Shown here piece by piece: positions 27,638-37,570 of a stretch of 64,000 nt of DNA. Position numbers and translations under genes: made by a program. The number at the start of each line of letters is the position of its first letter. The first letter of the stretch is position 1. The notes under the pieces are model-generated. The model saw only the letters and a program-made list of their open reading frames with translations, was not told the origin of the DNA and searched no databases. Source of the stretch: Actinomycetota bacterium (GTDB lineage Bacteria > Actinomycetota > Thermoleophilia > RBG-16-64-13); contig JAHJSA010000069.1 in assembly GCA_018830645.1 (NCBI GenBank), positions 55,279-119,278 on the forward strand, written 5' to 3'.

Positions 27638-28435
27638 ATGTCTCACGTAGAAGACCCGCCCCTGGCCCGGTGGACCGAAGCTGCCCGGAGCAGGCGCTCG
27701 AGAAGAGTGTACCTACCCGGGCGGCCGATCGCGGGAGCCGAAGCAGAGGCGCTCACCCAGTTCTGCGCGACGTACTCACCCTTCCCCGGGGCACGTGCCA
27801 TCGTGCTGGCCGAGGCACCGCCCGAGATCTTCACGGGCTGGCTGCTCGGCGTCTATGGAAAGGTATCCTCACCGTCGGCCCTCGTGTTCGTGGGCGACAG
27901 AAGGCTTCCCGATGCGGCCGCCCGAACAGGCTACACGGCCGAAGGCGCGGCGCTGGAAGCGACGGCCTTGGGATTCTCCACCTGCTGGATCGGAGGAGGT
28001 GTCCGCCGCCGCGAAGTGATGTGGATGCTGGGTCTTGAAGAGCACGAACACGTCTATTCGATCTCGGCCCTTGGATACTCCCACGAAGACAAGACCCTCG
28101 GCGAACGGGCCACGGCGGGCATGGCCCGGGCGGGTAGTCGGCGCTCCCTGGAGGCCATCGCGCCCGGTAGCGAGTTCTGGCCGGAGTGGGTCAAGTCCGG
28201 GCTCGAACTCGTGCGAGTGGCTCCTTCGGCCACGAACCGTCAGCCCTGGCGCTTCGCGCTGGAGGGGAGGTCCGTGCGCCTGTTCTTCGAGGGCCGAGAC
28301 ACCCCGGTGATCTCAAAGCGCCTCGACTGCGGCATCGCCATGCTGCATTTCGAGCTCGGTGCCCGTTCGGCTGGAGTCGAAGGTCGTTGGGAACTCCTCG
28401 AAGGCAACGACGTGGCACGCTGGACATCGACCTAG
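27638..28435 (+). CDS. Nitroreductase-family protein
   Basis: RRSRRVY near the N-terminus and APSATNRQPWRF near the C-terminus resemble the FMN-binding nitroreductase fold. Confidence 0.55.
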   Translation: MSHVEDPPLARWTEAARSRRSRRVYLPGRPIAGAEAEALTQFCATYSPFPGARAIVLAEAPPEIFTGWLLGVYGKVSSPSALVFVGDRRLPDAAARTGYTAEGAALEATALGFSTCWIGGGVRRREVMWMLGLEEHEHVYSISALGYSHEDKTLGERATAGMARAGSRRSLEAIAPGSEFWPEWVKSGLELVRVAPSATNRQPWRFALEGRSVRLFFEGRDTPVISKRLDCGIAMLHFELGARSAGVEGRWELLEGNDVARWTST

Positions 28436-28478
28436 CGCTGCACCGCCAGACGGCCCAGTGCCGCGCCGACCCCGGGGC

Positions 28479-30032
28479 CTAGCGCTGCACCACCCGAAGG
28501 GTCGCGAGTGTCGTGTCGTGCGGTCCGTGCACCGACAGGCCCAGTAGCGCCGCCTCCTTCAGATAGGCCGCCACCTCGGCCGTTATCCGCTCCCCGGGCG
28601 CCAGCACGGGTATGCCGGGTGGATACGGGATAACCATCTCACCGCTCACTTCGCCGACCGCCTCATCGAGGAGCACGGTCCTGGTGGTCGCGAAGAAGGC
28701 GTCGCGGGGACTCATCGCGGGGGTGACGGGGAGAGGCTCGACGAGACCTGTGGGCACGACGAGTCCGAGTGACTCGGCGGGGCCGGCGGGATCGGCGGGT
28801 CCGGGTGGGGCCGGCCGCGCCGCGCGTCCTTCCGCGTTGAGGCGTTCCCCAAGATCCGCGGCGGCGGACTCTGCCACCAGCTGAAGCGCCGCCACAAGCC
28901 GATCGATCGATTCGTCCGAGTCTCCGAAGGTGACGTTCAACACGACGTTGCGCGGGTCGGCCGCCTCCACCGCCACCTTGGATTCTCGCCGCAGACGCAT
29001 CTCCAGCTCGTATCCGGTGAGCCCGAGCGCCGCAGCCGACACCGTGAGCCGTACCGGGTCGAAATCACAGACGCCGGCTGCCGTCTTCGCGGGGGCGCTG
29101 AGCACGGTCATCCCCTCGATCTGGCCGATCTCCGAGCGGGCGCGGGCCGCTAGAGCCAGGGCATCCGACCACAGCCTCTCCCCGTCGGCCACCATCTGCG
29201 CCCGTGCACTGTCGATGGAGGCCAGGATCGGAGCCAGCGGACTCGTGGTCTGGAGCATTCTCACCATGGCACGCAGTCGGTCGGTGTCGACACGCCCCCG
29301 ACACGCCAGCACGATCGAGGCCTGCGACAACCCGCTCAGCAGCTTGTGCACGCTCGTCACGGACGCGTCCGCTCCGGCCGTCATCGCGTCCACGGGGAGC
29401 TTCGAGCAGAACCGAAGGTGCGCTCCCCAGGCTTGGTCTACGATCAGCGGGATCCCGGCGGCGTGCGCATGCTCCGCGAGCGCCTCAACATCCGCACAGA
29501 AACCGTTGTAGCTGGGCGATGTGACGAACACCGCCTTCGCGTCCGGATGAGCGTCAAGAGCCGCCAGCACCCCACGGGTGGGCACGTTGGCCGCGACGCC
29601 CCATCCGAGGTGTACGGTGGGTTCCACATAGACGGGGTGGGCGCCCGAGAAGATCAGCCCGGCGAGCAAGGACTTGTGCGAGTTCCGCGGCACGATGATC
29701 ATGTCCCCCGGCCCGGCGACTGCGAGCACCAATGCCTGCACTCCGCTGGTCGACCCATTGACCAGGAAGTGGGCGATGTCCGCACCCCAAGCCTGGGCCG
29801 CCAGCGTTTCCGCGCGGGCCAGCAGGCCCCTGGATTCCTGCGTGTCCTCGAGACCGTTGGCGATGCCGAAGTCCGCCTCGAGCATGCGCCGACCCACAGC
29901 CTCGACCAGATCCGCGGGAGCACCCGCCCCAAGCTTGTGCCCCGGAGTGTGGAACGCCGCCATCGCGGATGCCCGGTACTCGAGCAGGGCATCCGTCAAT
30001 GGGGTCTCGTCCTGTGCGGTCCGATCGAACAT
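28479..30032 (-). CDS. Orn/Lys/Arg decarboxylase family PLP enzyme (Bacillus SpeA-like arginine decarboxylase)
   Basis: HTPGHKLG N-terminal motif and SVHKLL, the PLP-lysine region. 517 aa. Confidence 0.8.
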   Translation of the reverse strand: MFDRTAQDETPLTDALLEYRASAMAAFHTPGHKLGAGAPADLVEAVGRRMLEADFGIANGLEDTQESRGLLARAETLAAQAWGADIAHFLVNGSTSGVQALVLAVAGPGDMIIVPRNSHKSLLAGLIFSGAHPVYVEPTVHLGWGVAANVPTRGVLAALDAHPDAKAVFVTSPSYNGFCADVEALAEHAHAAGIPLIVDQAWGAHLRFCSKLPVDAMTAGADASVTSVHKLLSGLSQASIVLACRGRVDTDRLRAMVRMLQTTSPLAPILASIDSARAQMVADGERLWSDALALAARARSEIGQIEGMTVLSAPAKTAAGVCDFDPVRLTVSAAALGLTGYELEMRLRRESKVAVEAADPRNVVLNVTFGDSDESIDRLVAALQLVAESAAADLGERLNAEGRAARPAPPGPADPAGPAESLGLVVPTGLVEPLPVTPAMSPRDAFFATTRTVLLDEAVGEVSGEMVIPYPPGIPVLAPGERITAEVAAYLKEAALLGLSVHGPHDTTLATLRVVQR

Positions 30033-30059
30033 CCACCTATTCTGGCAGGTTATTGGGCG

Positions 30060-31370
30060 TCAGCCCAAGCTGGGCCCGCGCTGCAACGCGTAGTTGACGA
30101 AGCGAGAGCCGAGCTGCTCGCTGGCCAACAGGCGGTCGGCGGCGGGCAGGGACGTCAACACGCCCACTACCTGGCCGATGAACCTGTTGCCCCTGCTGGA
30201 GCCTTCGTCCACGATCAGATCGGCGAGCCGCCCCTTCTCGAGGCAGCTCCGCACCACTCGCTCGAGCGTGTTCACCGGGATTTTGGGCTGCTCCGCGCGT
30301 CTGACCATACGCATGGCATCCCGGCGGCACGCTCCCGCGCACACACCGCATCCGATGCACCGCTCCGCATCGACACTCGACACGAGTGCACTCCGCGGGG
30401 ACGCTTCGACGTACTGCGGTCGCATGACGATGGCGCCGATGGGGCAGGCCTTCGCGCAGCGGCCGCAGCCAGAACAGGCTTTGTCATCGGACTCCGCCTG
30501 GAAACCGCTCGGCACGACCGCCGGTAGGTCGTACCGGCGGATCGCCGATAGCTGCGCACAACAACACGCGCAGCAACTGCAGATGTAGGTGGGCCGCTCC
30601 TGCACGTTGTCGGCGATGTGCACAAGCCCAAGTTCCCGAGCCTGCACCAGCAGATCCAAAGCCTCGGTCCGCTCCACAGCACGCCCGAACCCCCGCCTGA
30701 TCACGTAGTCGGCCCCTCCGTTGAGGGTGAGGCAGATATCCGCGGGCCGGTCGCAGGCGTGCCCGAGGTGCTGGGCCTTGTGGCGGCAGTAGCAGATGGA
30801 CACAGCGTGATGGGCGGCGGCGCCCACCACCTCCGAGGCGCGCTCCCAGTCGAGTACCTCGGGCAGGTCGGCGGCAGCCACCCCGCTCTCGTGCACCAGC
30901 GTACGCCCGACCACCGTCCTGCTGCCAAAGACCTCACGGGCGAAGGAGTCGTCGCCGGCGGTGTAGGCGTCGAGCGCGCGGGCCATGCGCTCTTTCGGGA
31001 TAGAGTCCTGGGCACGCATCATGGAGAACTCGAAGAAGCCCACCACCGGCGGCGCCAGCAGGTACGAGGTGTCGCGCCGGCCTCGACCCGGGATGTCCAT
31101 GACGACACCCTTGTCGGCGAGCGCTTCGAGACGGGGTTCGAGTTCGCCCACTGCCATCCCCATGCGGCCCGCAAGAGCCGACGCCGTGATGGGCAGCAGG
31201 GGCATGCGCGACGCCACAGCCGCCTCCTCGGGCGTGAACAGTATCTCGAGGATCTCGCGCCAGCCCGCGCGGGCAGCCTCATCGTCCGGCTCGGGCATGG
31301 CGACAGGACCATGCTGAAGCCTATCGGCGAGCGCGCGGTATTCTTCGTTCAGATGGCCGATGTGCCCCAT
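30060..31370 (-). CDS. Fe-S protein, paralog A: winged-helix-like N-terminal domain + Cys-rich CCG-like segment + two [4Fe-4S] ferredoxin motifs
   Basis: SICYCRHK...GHACD...ICL, CSCCACCCAQ, CSGCGRCAKACP and CIGCGVCAGAC. Clearly paralogous to 33070..34185. Confidence 0.7.
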   Translation of the reverse strand: MGHIGHLNEEYRALADRLQHGPVAMPEPDDEAARAGWREILEILFTPEEAAVASRMPLLPITASALAGRMGMAVGELEPRLEALADKGVVMDIPGRGRRDTSYLLAPPVVGFFEFSMMRAQDSIPKERMARALDAYTAGDDSFAREVFGSRTVVGRTLVHESGVAAADLPEVLDWERASEVVGAAAHHAVSICYCRHKAQHLGHACDRPADICLTLNGGADYVIRRGFGRAVERTEALDLLVQARELGLVHIADNVQERPTYICSCCACCCAQLSAIRRYDLPAVVPSGFQAESDDKACSGCGRCAKACPIGAIVMRPQYVEASPRSALVSSVDAERCIGCGVCAGACRRDAMRMVRRAEQPKIPVNTLERVVRSCLEKGRLADLIVDEGSSRGNRFIGQVVGVLTSLPAADRLLASEQLGSRFVNYALQRGPSLG

Positions 31371-31398
31371 GAACCCCTCCGAACCTGAGTGAGCATGG

Positions 31399-31704
31399 TC
31401 ATCTTGACTGTATCAGAACTGCTCTTGCGCCCCGGTCGCCTCGATGCTTGTTGAGAGCGATGAAGCGGAAGAGCGTATCGCCGCCGTCGCCCAAAGACAC
31501 CCCGAACGCCCCGGCGCCCAACGCTGCCGTCGACAGCAGCAAGAACACCGACACGTAGTGGAACACTGCGTGCATCACCTTGCGGGCGACCTCGTCGAAC
31601 GACGCGGCCAGCATCGGCAACAGATAGAGCTTGCGACCGATCACGAAGTGCCCGACGGTGGTGAACGCCGCCACTGCCGCCGCGACCAACAACAACCAAT
31701 TCAT
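31399..31704 (-). CDS. Small hypothetical membrane protein (2-3 TM)
   Basis: 101-aa hydrophobic ORF lying between qor and Fe-S paralog A on the same strand. Confidence 0.35.
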   Translation of the reverse strand: MNWLLLVAAAVAAFTTVGHFVIGRKLYLLPMLAASFDEVARKVMHAVFHYVSVFLLLSTAALGAGAFGVSLGDGGDTLFRFIALNKHRGDRGARAVLIQSR

Positions 31705-31887
31705 CTTGTTCCCCCTGAGACATGGATTCGCCCACTACGCCCGCAGTCGACCGACCGGGGGAAGATGCTCCTGGATCCACCCAGCCGACGAAAGCCGCAG
31801 AGGTACCAGTGGAGCGCCCTTCTCGGACGGAAACGCGTCGCCAGACCAGGCAGGCCGGGGAAGCCCGGTCCGCGTGCGCCGAACCCA

Positions 31888-32862
31888 CTACTCCCGAGTG
31901 TCGAGCACCAGCTTGCCTATGGTCTTCCGGCCTTCGAGGGCACGGTGCGCTTCCGCGGCCTCGGCCAACGGGAACACGCCACCCACGCGAACCGAGAGTC
32001 CGCCCTCCGCCGCCCACGTCAGGATGCTGCCCGCACGCTCCAACAGGTCTTCCCGCGAGACGACGTGATGAAAGAGCGTGGGGCGTTGGAGGAAGAGCGA
32101 TCCTTTGGCGCTGAGGAGCTGGGGATCGAACGGAGCGACCGGACCGCTCGACTGGCCGAAGACGATCATGGAACCCCGCAGCGCGAGGCAGTCGAGTCCC
32201 TTCTCGAACGTGTCCCGCCCGACCCCGTCGTACACCACCTGGACCCCGGCGCCGGCGGTGAGGCGATGGATCTCACCTACGAAGTCCTGCTCGGTGTAGA
32301 TGATCACCTCGTCGGCGCCGGCCTGGCGCGCGACCTGTGCCTTCTCCTCGGTGGAGACGGTGCCCACGACCCGGGCACCGGCATGACGCGCCATCTGGCA
32401 CAAGAGGAGGCCGACGCCCCCGGCGGCGGCGTGCACCAGGCAGGTGTCACCGGGCTTGAGCGGGTACGAGGAGTGGGTGAGGTAGTGGGCGGTCATGCCC
32501 TGCAACATGGCTGCGGCGGCGGTGACCAGGTCCAGTCCTTCCGGAACCGGCACCAGACGATCTGCCGGGGCGAACACATGCGTGGCATACGACCCCGGCA
32601 GCCCGGACCAGGCCACCCGGTCCCCCACCCCTACGAGGTCCACCCCCGGGCCGACGGCCTCGACCACCCCGGCACCCTCAAGACCCAATGACACCGGCAA
32701 GGCGGCGGGATACCGGCCCGTGCGGTGATACACGTCGATGAAGTTGACCCCGGCCGCTTCCACCCGCACCAATGCTTCGCCCTGCAAGGGTTCACGGCTG
32801 GGTAGTTCTTCAAGCCGCATCACCTCTGCACCACCGTGTTCCGCGGCTCGGACCGCCCTCAT
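31888..32862 (-). CDS. qor: NADPH:quinone oxidoreductase (zinc-type ADH superfamily, Qor/zeta-crystallin-like)
   Basis: AGVNFIDV and GAAGGVGLLLCQMA motifs. 324 aa. Confidence 0.8.
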   Translation of the reverse strand: MRAVRAAEHGGAEVMRLEELPSREPLQGEALVRVEAAGVNFIDVYHRTGRYPAALPVSLGLEGAGVVEAVGPGVDLVGVGDRVAWSGLPGSYATHVFAPADRLVPVPEGLDLVTAAAAMLQGMTAHYLTHSSYPLKPGDTCLVHAAAGGVGLLLCQMARHAGARVVGTVSTEEKAQVARQAGADEVIIYTEQDFVGEIHRLTAGAGVQVVYDGVGRDTFEKGLDCLALRGSMIVFGQSSGPVAPFDPQLLSAKGSLFLQRPTLFHHVVSREDLLERAGSILTWAAEGGLSVRVGGVFPLAEAAEAHRALEGRKTIGKLVLDTRE

Positions 32863-33069
32863 GCCGACACCTCCGTCATCCCGCCGCGTGCCGCGGCTCG
32901 CTTCCGCACGACCGCCCGCACCTTCCGGCGAGCCGTACGACCCCGGCTACCATCGTATCGGGCCGGGCACGAGCGCGCGACCCCGCTGAGCCGCGCATGT
33001 CGCCCACCGAACACCACTTCGGTATGATGGGATGCGTCGATTGAACCCGCGCAGCTTGGAGGCGAACAC

Positions 33070-34185
33070 GTGGAGGACTCGACGATTCACACGACTCACG
33101 AGCGCCTGGCAAAGCACCTCGCCGCCCTGGGCATGGGCCTCCCGGCAACGGCGGACCTCGTGGAAATCCTCCAACGTCTGCTGACCCAGGACGAAGCTGA
33201 GCTCCTGCTGGCCTTGCCCACCAACATCGCGCCCCTTCAGGTGGCTACCGTGGAGCAGATCGCGGCGGCGGCGGGAGTCGACCAGCCTGACGAGATCGAG
33301 GTGGCTCTCGATCGCCTCCTCGCTCGCGGCCTCCTGTATTCTGGCCGCACACTGTCGGGCGAGCGCGGGTACGCCCTGCTGCAGGCGGGCTTCGGGTTCC
33401 CTCAGACGTTCTTCTGGGCGGGCGAGGAATCCGACGAGGCACGCGAGATGGCCGCGATGGTGTCGAAATACGCCAACCGACACGTCCTGCGCGAGATGTA
33501 CGCGGCGACACCCACGAAGGCCTACCGCTACGTGCCGCTCGACCTGTCTCTCACAGCCGACCAGCAGGCGGTGTATCCGCAACATGCGATGGACGGAGTG
33601 CTCGACAGGGCTCGCACCTTCGCCGTGGCGCACTGCCCTTGCCGAGTGGCCGTCGGCCTTCGGGGCCACGCGTGCGAGCATCCGCTCGAAGTGTGCCTCA
33701 AGTTCGACGAGTTGGCCGACTACGTAGTGGAGCGCGGTCTCGCCCGCAGCATCACCCGCGAAGAAGCTCGCGGGATCGTGCGCGCGTCGGCGGAAGCCGG
33801 ACTCGTGCACTTCGTGGACAACGCTCTCGGCGACGTCAAGCACAACTGCAACTGCTGCGGCGACGCGTGCTGGAACGTGGGTACGATACGCCGCCGGAAG
33901 ATCCCGCGCGACTCGCTGATGGCAACCTACTTCCTGCGCACGACGACCCGGGAGACGTGCAGCTCCTGTGGCATGTGCGCCGAGGTGTGCCCGGTCCACG
34001 CCGTCGACGTGGAGTCGGGAGAACCGGACGTCGATCTCGATTGGTGCATAGGCTGTGGTGTCTGCGTCACCCGGTGCGCGGACGGGGCGGCCGGTCTCGC
34101 CCTTCGCACCGACCTCGCCCACGAGCCGCCCCCCGATTTCGCCGCGCTCCATCGCACGATCCTCGGCGAGAAGAGCGAGGCATAG
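33070..34185 (+). CDS. Fe-S protein, paralog B (same architecture as 30060..31370)
   Basis: HCPCRVAVGLRGHACEHPLEVCL, CNCCGDACW (CCG-like), CSSCGMCAEVCP and CIGCGVCVTRC. Confidence 0.7.
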   Translation: MEDSTIHTTHERLAKHLAALGMGLPATADLVEILQRLLTQDEAELLLALPTNIAPLQVATVEQIAAAAGVDQPDEIEVALDRLLARGLLYSGRTLSGERGYALLQAGFGFPQTFFWAGEESDEAREMAAMVSKYANRHVLREMYAATPTKAYRYVPLDLSLTADQQAVYPQHAMDGVLDRARTFAVAHCPCRVAVGLRGHACEHPLEVCLKFDELADYVVERGLARSITREEARGIVRASAEAGLVHFVDNALGDVKHNCNCCGDACWNVGTIRRRKIPRDSLMATYFLRTTTRETCSSCGMCAEVCPVHAVDVESGEPDVDLDWCIGCGVCVTRCADGAAGLALRTDLAHEPPPDFAALHRTILGEKSEA

Positions 34186-34366
34186 CGAGAGCGACGGCGA
34201 GGACGACCGCGGGGGCGCGCGAGGGGCGCGAGGCGCTGCGCTTGAACGCCCCAGCGCCGCCTGACCAGTTTGTCGCACCCGCCACCTGGGCATACAGACG
34301 TGGCCGCGAAGCGTCCGCTCGCGGCCACAGACAACGTGACAGAGGGACACCCGGAGGTGCCGGAAG

Positions 34367-34606
34367 ATGGAAGAACTCGTGAAGCTCGTGACGGAGAAGA
34401 CATGGATCTCGGACGACATGGCCCGCAAAGCCGTCCAAGTGGTACTCGGCTTCCTGAAGGACAAGTTGCCGGCCCCCATAGCCGGCCAGATCGACGGCCA
34501 GATCGACGGCCTGATCAGCGGCGGAGCAGGCGGAGCAGGCGGAGCAGCCGGAGGCGCGATGGACAGCGTGACCAAGGGGCTCGGCGGCCTACTGGGCAAG
34601 GACTGA
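34367..34606 (+). CDS. Small conserved hypothetical protein with a Gly-rich C-terminus
   Basis: 79 aa. N-terminus MEELVKLVTEKTWISDDMARKAVQVVLGFLKDKLP looks like a conserved small-protein family. Preceded by GGAGG. Confidence 0.45.
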   Translation: MEELVKLVTEKTWISDDMARKAVQVVLGFLKDKLPAPIAGQIDGQIDGLISGGAGGAGGAAGGAMDSVTKGLGGLLGKD

Positions 34607-34625
34607 GACCACTCCTCGCGACAAC

Positions 34626-34859
34626 ATGCCGACGCCCTGGGGCGATCCGCCCAGACTCGAAGAACTCGAAACTCGGCTGGACGAGGTGGAGCGCGGCCTG
34701 CCGGGGATCCTCGCCCTATCGGACAAGGCGGGCCTCTACCTGCGTAGGGAGCTCGATTCTCTCCGAGCTGAGTCACGATTGCAGGTGGAACGCTGGACAC
34801 GAGTCACGGAGAGAGCCGACGCCCTGATCGCGGCGCTCGACGACCCGCCACCGAGTTGA
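34626..34859 (+). CDS. Hypothetical small coiled-coil protein
   Basis: ORF only. 77 aa. Confidence 0.2.
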   Translation: MPTPWGDPPRLEELETRLDEVERGLPGILALSDKAGLYLRRELDSLRAESRLQVERWTRVTERADALIAALDDPPPS

Positions 34860-35092
34860 CACCTCCCATGGGCGGGCAGGCCAGGTTTGGGCGCCCGGCC
34901 GTGTGCAGGTTCAGTGCGGGTTCACACCCGACGCGATTCGTCGGTGTGCGCACATACACTTGCCACGTTTCAGAGATTTCGGTAGCTTCGCGGAAGGATC
35001 CGCACAGGTTCACCGAAGGATCCATGTAGCTTCACCGAAGCCTCCGTCCGCGCGGTGCCTTCGGAGCCACGATCACAAACCCCAGGAGCGGA

Positions 35093-36343
35093 GTGACAAG
35101 AATGGACCTGAGCGACCTGCGTGTGAACGGCGAGCGGCTTCGGGCGAGCCTCGAAGAGATGGCCAAGATCGGGGCGACACCGGGTGGAGGCGTGCAGCGC
35201 CTCACCCTCTCCGACGAGGACAAACGCGCCCGAGACCTCTTCGTCGGCCGGCTCGAAGAGATCGACCTCGAGGTCACGGTGGACGAGATGGGCAACATCT
35301 TCGGCCGCCGCCCCGGCAAGAACGACGAACTGCCGCCGGTCTTCAGCGGGTCGCACATCGACTCCCAGCCGAAGGGTGGCCGTTTCGACGGCATCCTGGG
35401 CGTGATGGGCGCCCTCGAAGTGATGCGCACGCTGCACGAGAACAACGTGCAGACCGAGCGACCCGTGCTCATCGTCGATTGGACCAACGAAGAGGGCTCC
35501 CGCTTTGCGCCCGCCATGGTGGCTTCGGGCGTATGGGCCGGCAAGCTCGATCGTGACTGGGCATATTCGCGCACCGACCGTGATGGCAAGGTCTTCGGCG
35601 AGGAACTCGAGCGCATCGGCTACAAAGGCTCAGCACCGGCAAAGGCCTGGCCGTTCCATGCCTACTACGAGCTGCACATCGAACAGGGCCCGGTCTTGGA
35701 GTCGATCGGGAAGACCATCGGTATCCCCAAGGGCATCCTCTGCCTGCACTGGTACGACGTGTACATCGAGGGCAAGGCCAACCAGGTGGGCCCCACGCCG
35801 ATGGAGGGCCGGAACGACGCGCTCTGCGCCGCCGCCGAGATGATCCTTGCGGTGCAATCGGTGCCGGCCCGCATGGGCGGCAACATGGTCGCCACGGTGG
35901 GTGAGATCCAGAACTATCCGAACTCGCGGAACATCATCCCCGACGGCGTTCACTTCACGGTGGACATCCGGTCCTGGGACGACCACCTGGCTATCAACGC
36001 GTGGGAGCAGCTCAAGATCGACTTCCAGGCTGCCGCCGGCAAGAACGGTTGCCCGATCCGCTTCGAAGAGACTTGGCGCGTGGAGCACACCCCCTTCGCC
36101 GAGAAGCTGGTGGGGCTCCTGGCGCAGAAGGCCGAAGCCCTCGGCTACTCCTCCCACCACATGGTCAGCGGCGCCGGCCACGACGCGAGCTACATGAACA
36201 TGCTGGGCGACGCGGCTATGATCTTCATCCCCAGCATCGGAGGACGGAGCCACGTCGAGGTGGAGAACAGCACGTGGGAAGACTGTGAATCGGGAGCCAA
36301 CGTGCTTCTGCACTGCATGATCGAGTCGGCGAACGAGGTGTAG
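35093..36343 (+). CDS. M20-family Zn-dependent amidohydrolase (allantoate amidohydrolase / N-carbamoyl-amino-acid hydrolase type)
   Basis: GSHIDSQPKGG and other M20 metal-ligand motifs. 416 aa. Confidence 0.8.
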   Translation: MTRMDLSDLRVNGERLRASLEEMAKIGATPGGGVQRLTLSDEDKRARDLFVGRLEEIDLEVTVDEMGNIFGRRPGKNDELPPVFSGSHIDSQPKGGRFDGILGVMGALEVMRTLHENNVQTERPVLIVDWTNEEGSRFAPAMVASGVWAGKLDRDWAYSRTDRDGKVFGEELERIGYKGSAPAKAWPFHAYYELHIEQGPVLESIGKTIGIPKGILCLHWYDVYIEGKANQVGPTPMEGRNDALCAAAEMILAVQSVPARMGGNMVATVGEIQNYPNSRNIIPDGVHFTVDIRSWDDHLAINAWEQLKIDFQAAAGKNGCPIRFEETWRVEHTPFAEKLVGLLAQKAEALGYSSHHMVSGAGHDASYMNMLGDAAMIFIPSIGGRSHVEVENSTWEDCESGANVLLHCMIESANEV

Positions 36344-36504
36344 CCCTCACTATTCCTCACACTCCGGCACGAAAGGGAGGCATACGGGCCGCCAACTTGT
36401 ATGCCTCTTCTTCATGATGATGTGATGGGATAGCCGCGAGCGTTTCCTGGGTATACCGGGAGCCACACCGCACACAAGATGCCACATACAAGGGGGGGCT
36501 GGCC

Positions 36505-36954
36505 ATGAGCGCAGGCGGCACGACCAAGGTGGAGCGGATCCTGGAAGAGAAGGGCCGCACCGTCCACACGATCGAAGCTGACCGCACCGTCTTCGAGGCT
36601 CTGGAGGTCATGGCCGAGCACGAGATCGGCGCCCTCATCGTCCTCGACGAAGAGCAGATCGTGGGCGTCCTCACCGAGCGCGACTACGCCCGCAAGGTCA
36701 TCCTCGCCGGACTCTCCTCCCCCCGCACCGAGGTGCGCCAGGTCATGGCCTCCCCGGTGGTCTACGCGACGCTCGACGAGACCACCGAAGAGTGCATGGC
36801 CGTGATGGCCGACAAGCACATCAGATACCTTCCGGTGCTCGACGGCGAAGACCGGCTGGTGGGAGTCATCTCCATCGGCGACTTGGTCAAAGCCTCCATC
36901 GCCGAGAAGGAGTTTGTGATCAGCCAGCTGGAGAAGTACATCACCGGGTACTGA
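36505..36954 (+). CDS. CBS-domain pair protein
   Basis: Two CBS motifs (GALIVLDEEQIVGVLTERD; RYLPVLDGEDRLVGVISIGD). Confidence 0.8.
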   Translation: MSAGGTTKVERILEEKGRTVHTIEADRTVFEALEVMAEHEIGALIVLDEEQIVGVLTERDYARKVILAGLSSPRTEVRQVMASPVVYATLDETTEECMAVMADKHIRYLPVLDGEDRLVGVISIGDLVKASIAEKEFVISQLEKYITGY

Positions 36955-37069
36955 GGCCGCCGCCCTGCATGGTGGGCGCTCCGCCGAGGACGCCCACTCC
37001 GCGGACAATCTGGACGAAGATCGACCTCCACGGTTGACTTGACCTCACTGTTGTATATCCACTCATCCC

Positions 37070-37570
37070 ATGGAACGCCCCGAACTCGCCATCGCCCCCC
37101 ATTGCGTAGCCGCTCGGCTGCGCCTCCTCAACCGAGCGGTGACCGGCATCTACGATCGAGCGTTGCGGGCCCACGGTCTGAAGACCAGCCAACTGAACGT
37201 GCTCGTGGCTGTGGCGACGCTCGGCCGGCCGGAGCCCGGCGACATCGCACGACTCCTCCACATCGCTCCCTCTACTCTCAGCCGGAACGCTGAGCGGATG
37301 CGCGCGGCGGGCTGGCTCGACATCGCGGCGGGGAAGGACGGGCGCTCGCAGACGCTTTCCCTCACTGCAGGGGGAGCTGAACTCCTGAACGCAGCGCTAC
37401 CCGCGTGGGAGCAGGCCCAGGAAGAAGCCGAGGCCCTGCTCGGCGAGGCGACCACCTACGCCGTCCTCCAGGCAGGAGACCGCCTGTTGGCGGCCGGCTA
37501 TGCCCAGACCGTCGGCATCCCCACAAGACCTTCGAACACGAAAACCACCGACAAAGGACGGATAGCATGA
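37070..37570 (+). CDS. MarR family transcriptional regulator
   Basis: LKTSQLNVLVAVATLGRPEPGDIARLLHIAPSTLSRNAERM is a MarR wHTH. ATGA-coupled to the downstream gene. Confidence 0.8.
   Translation: MERPELAIAPHCVAARLRLLNRAVTGIYDRALRAHGLKTSQLNVLVAVATLGRPEPGDIARLLHIAPSTLSRNAERMRAAGWLDIAAGKDGRSQTLSLTAGGAELLNAALPAWEQAQEEAEALLGEATTYAVLQAGDRLLAAGYAQTVGIPTRPSNTKTTDKGRIA

Noticed and set aside
26005-28038. 677-aa plus-strand ORF spanning three annotated genes
   Set aside because: It runs antisense or out of frame across the HAD hydrolase, YpfJ peptidase and nitroreductase genes, each of which has clear family motifs. The Arg/Pro/Gly-rich translation indicates a GC-driven open frame.
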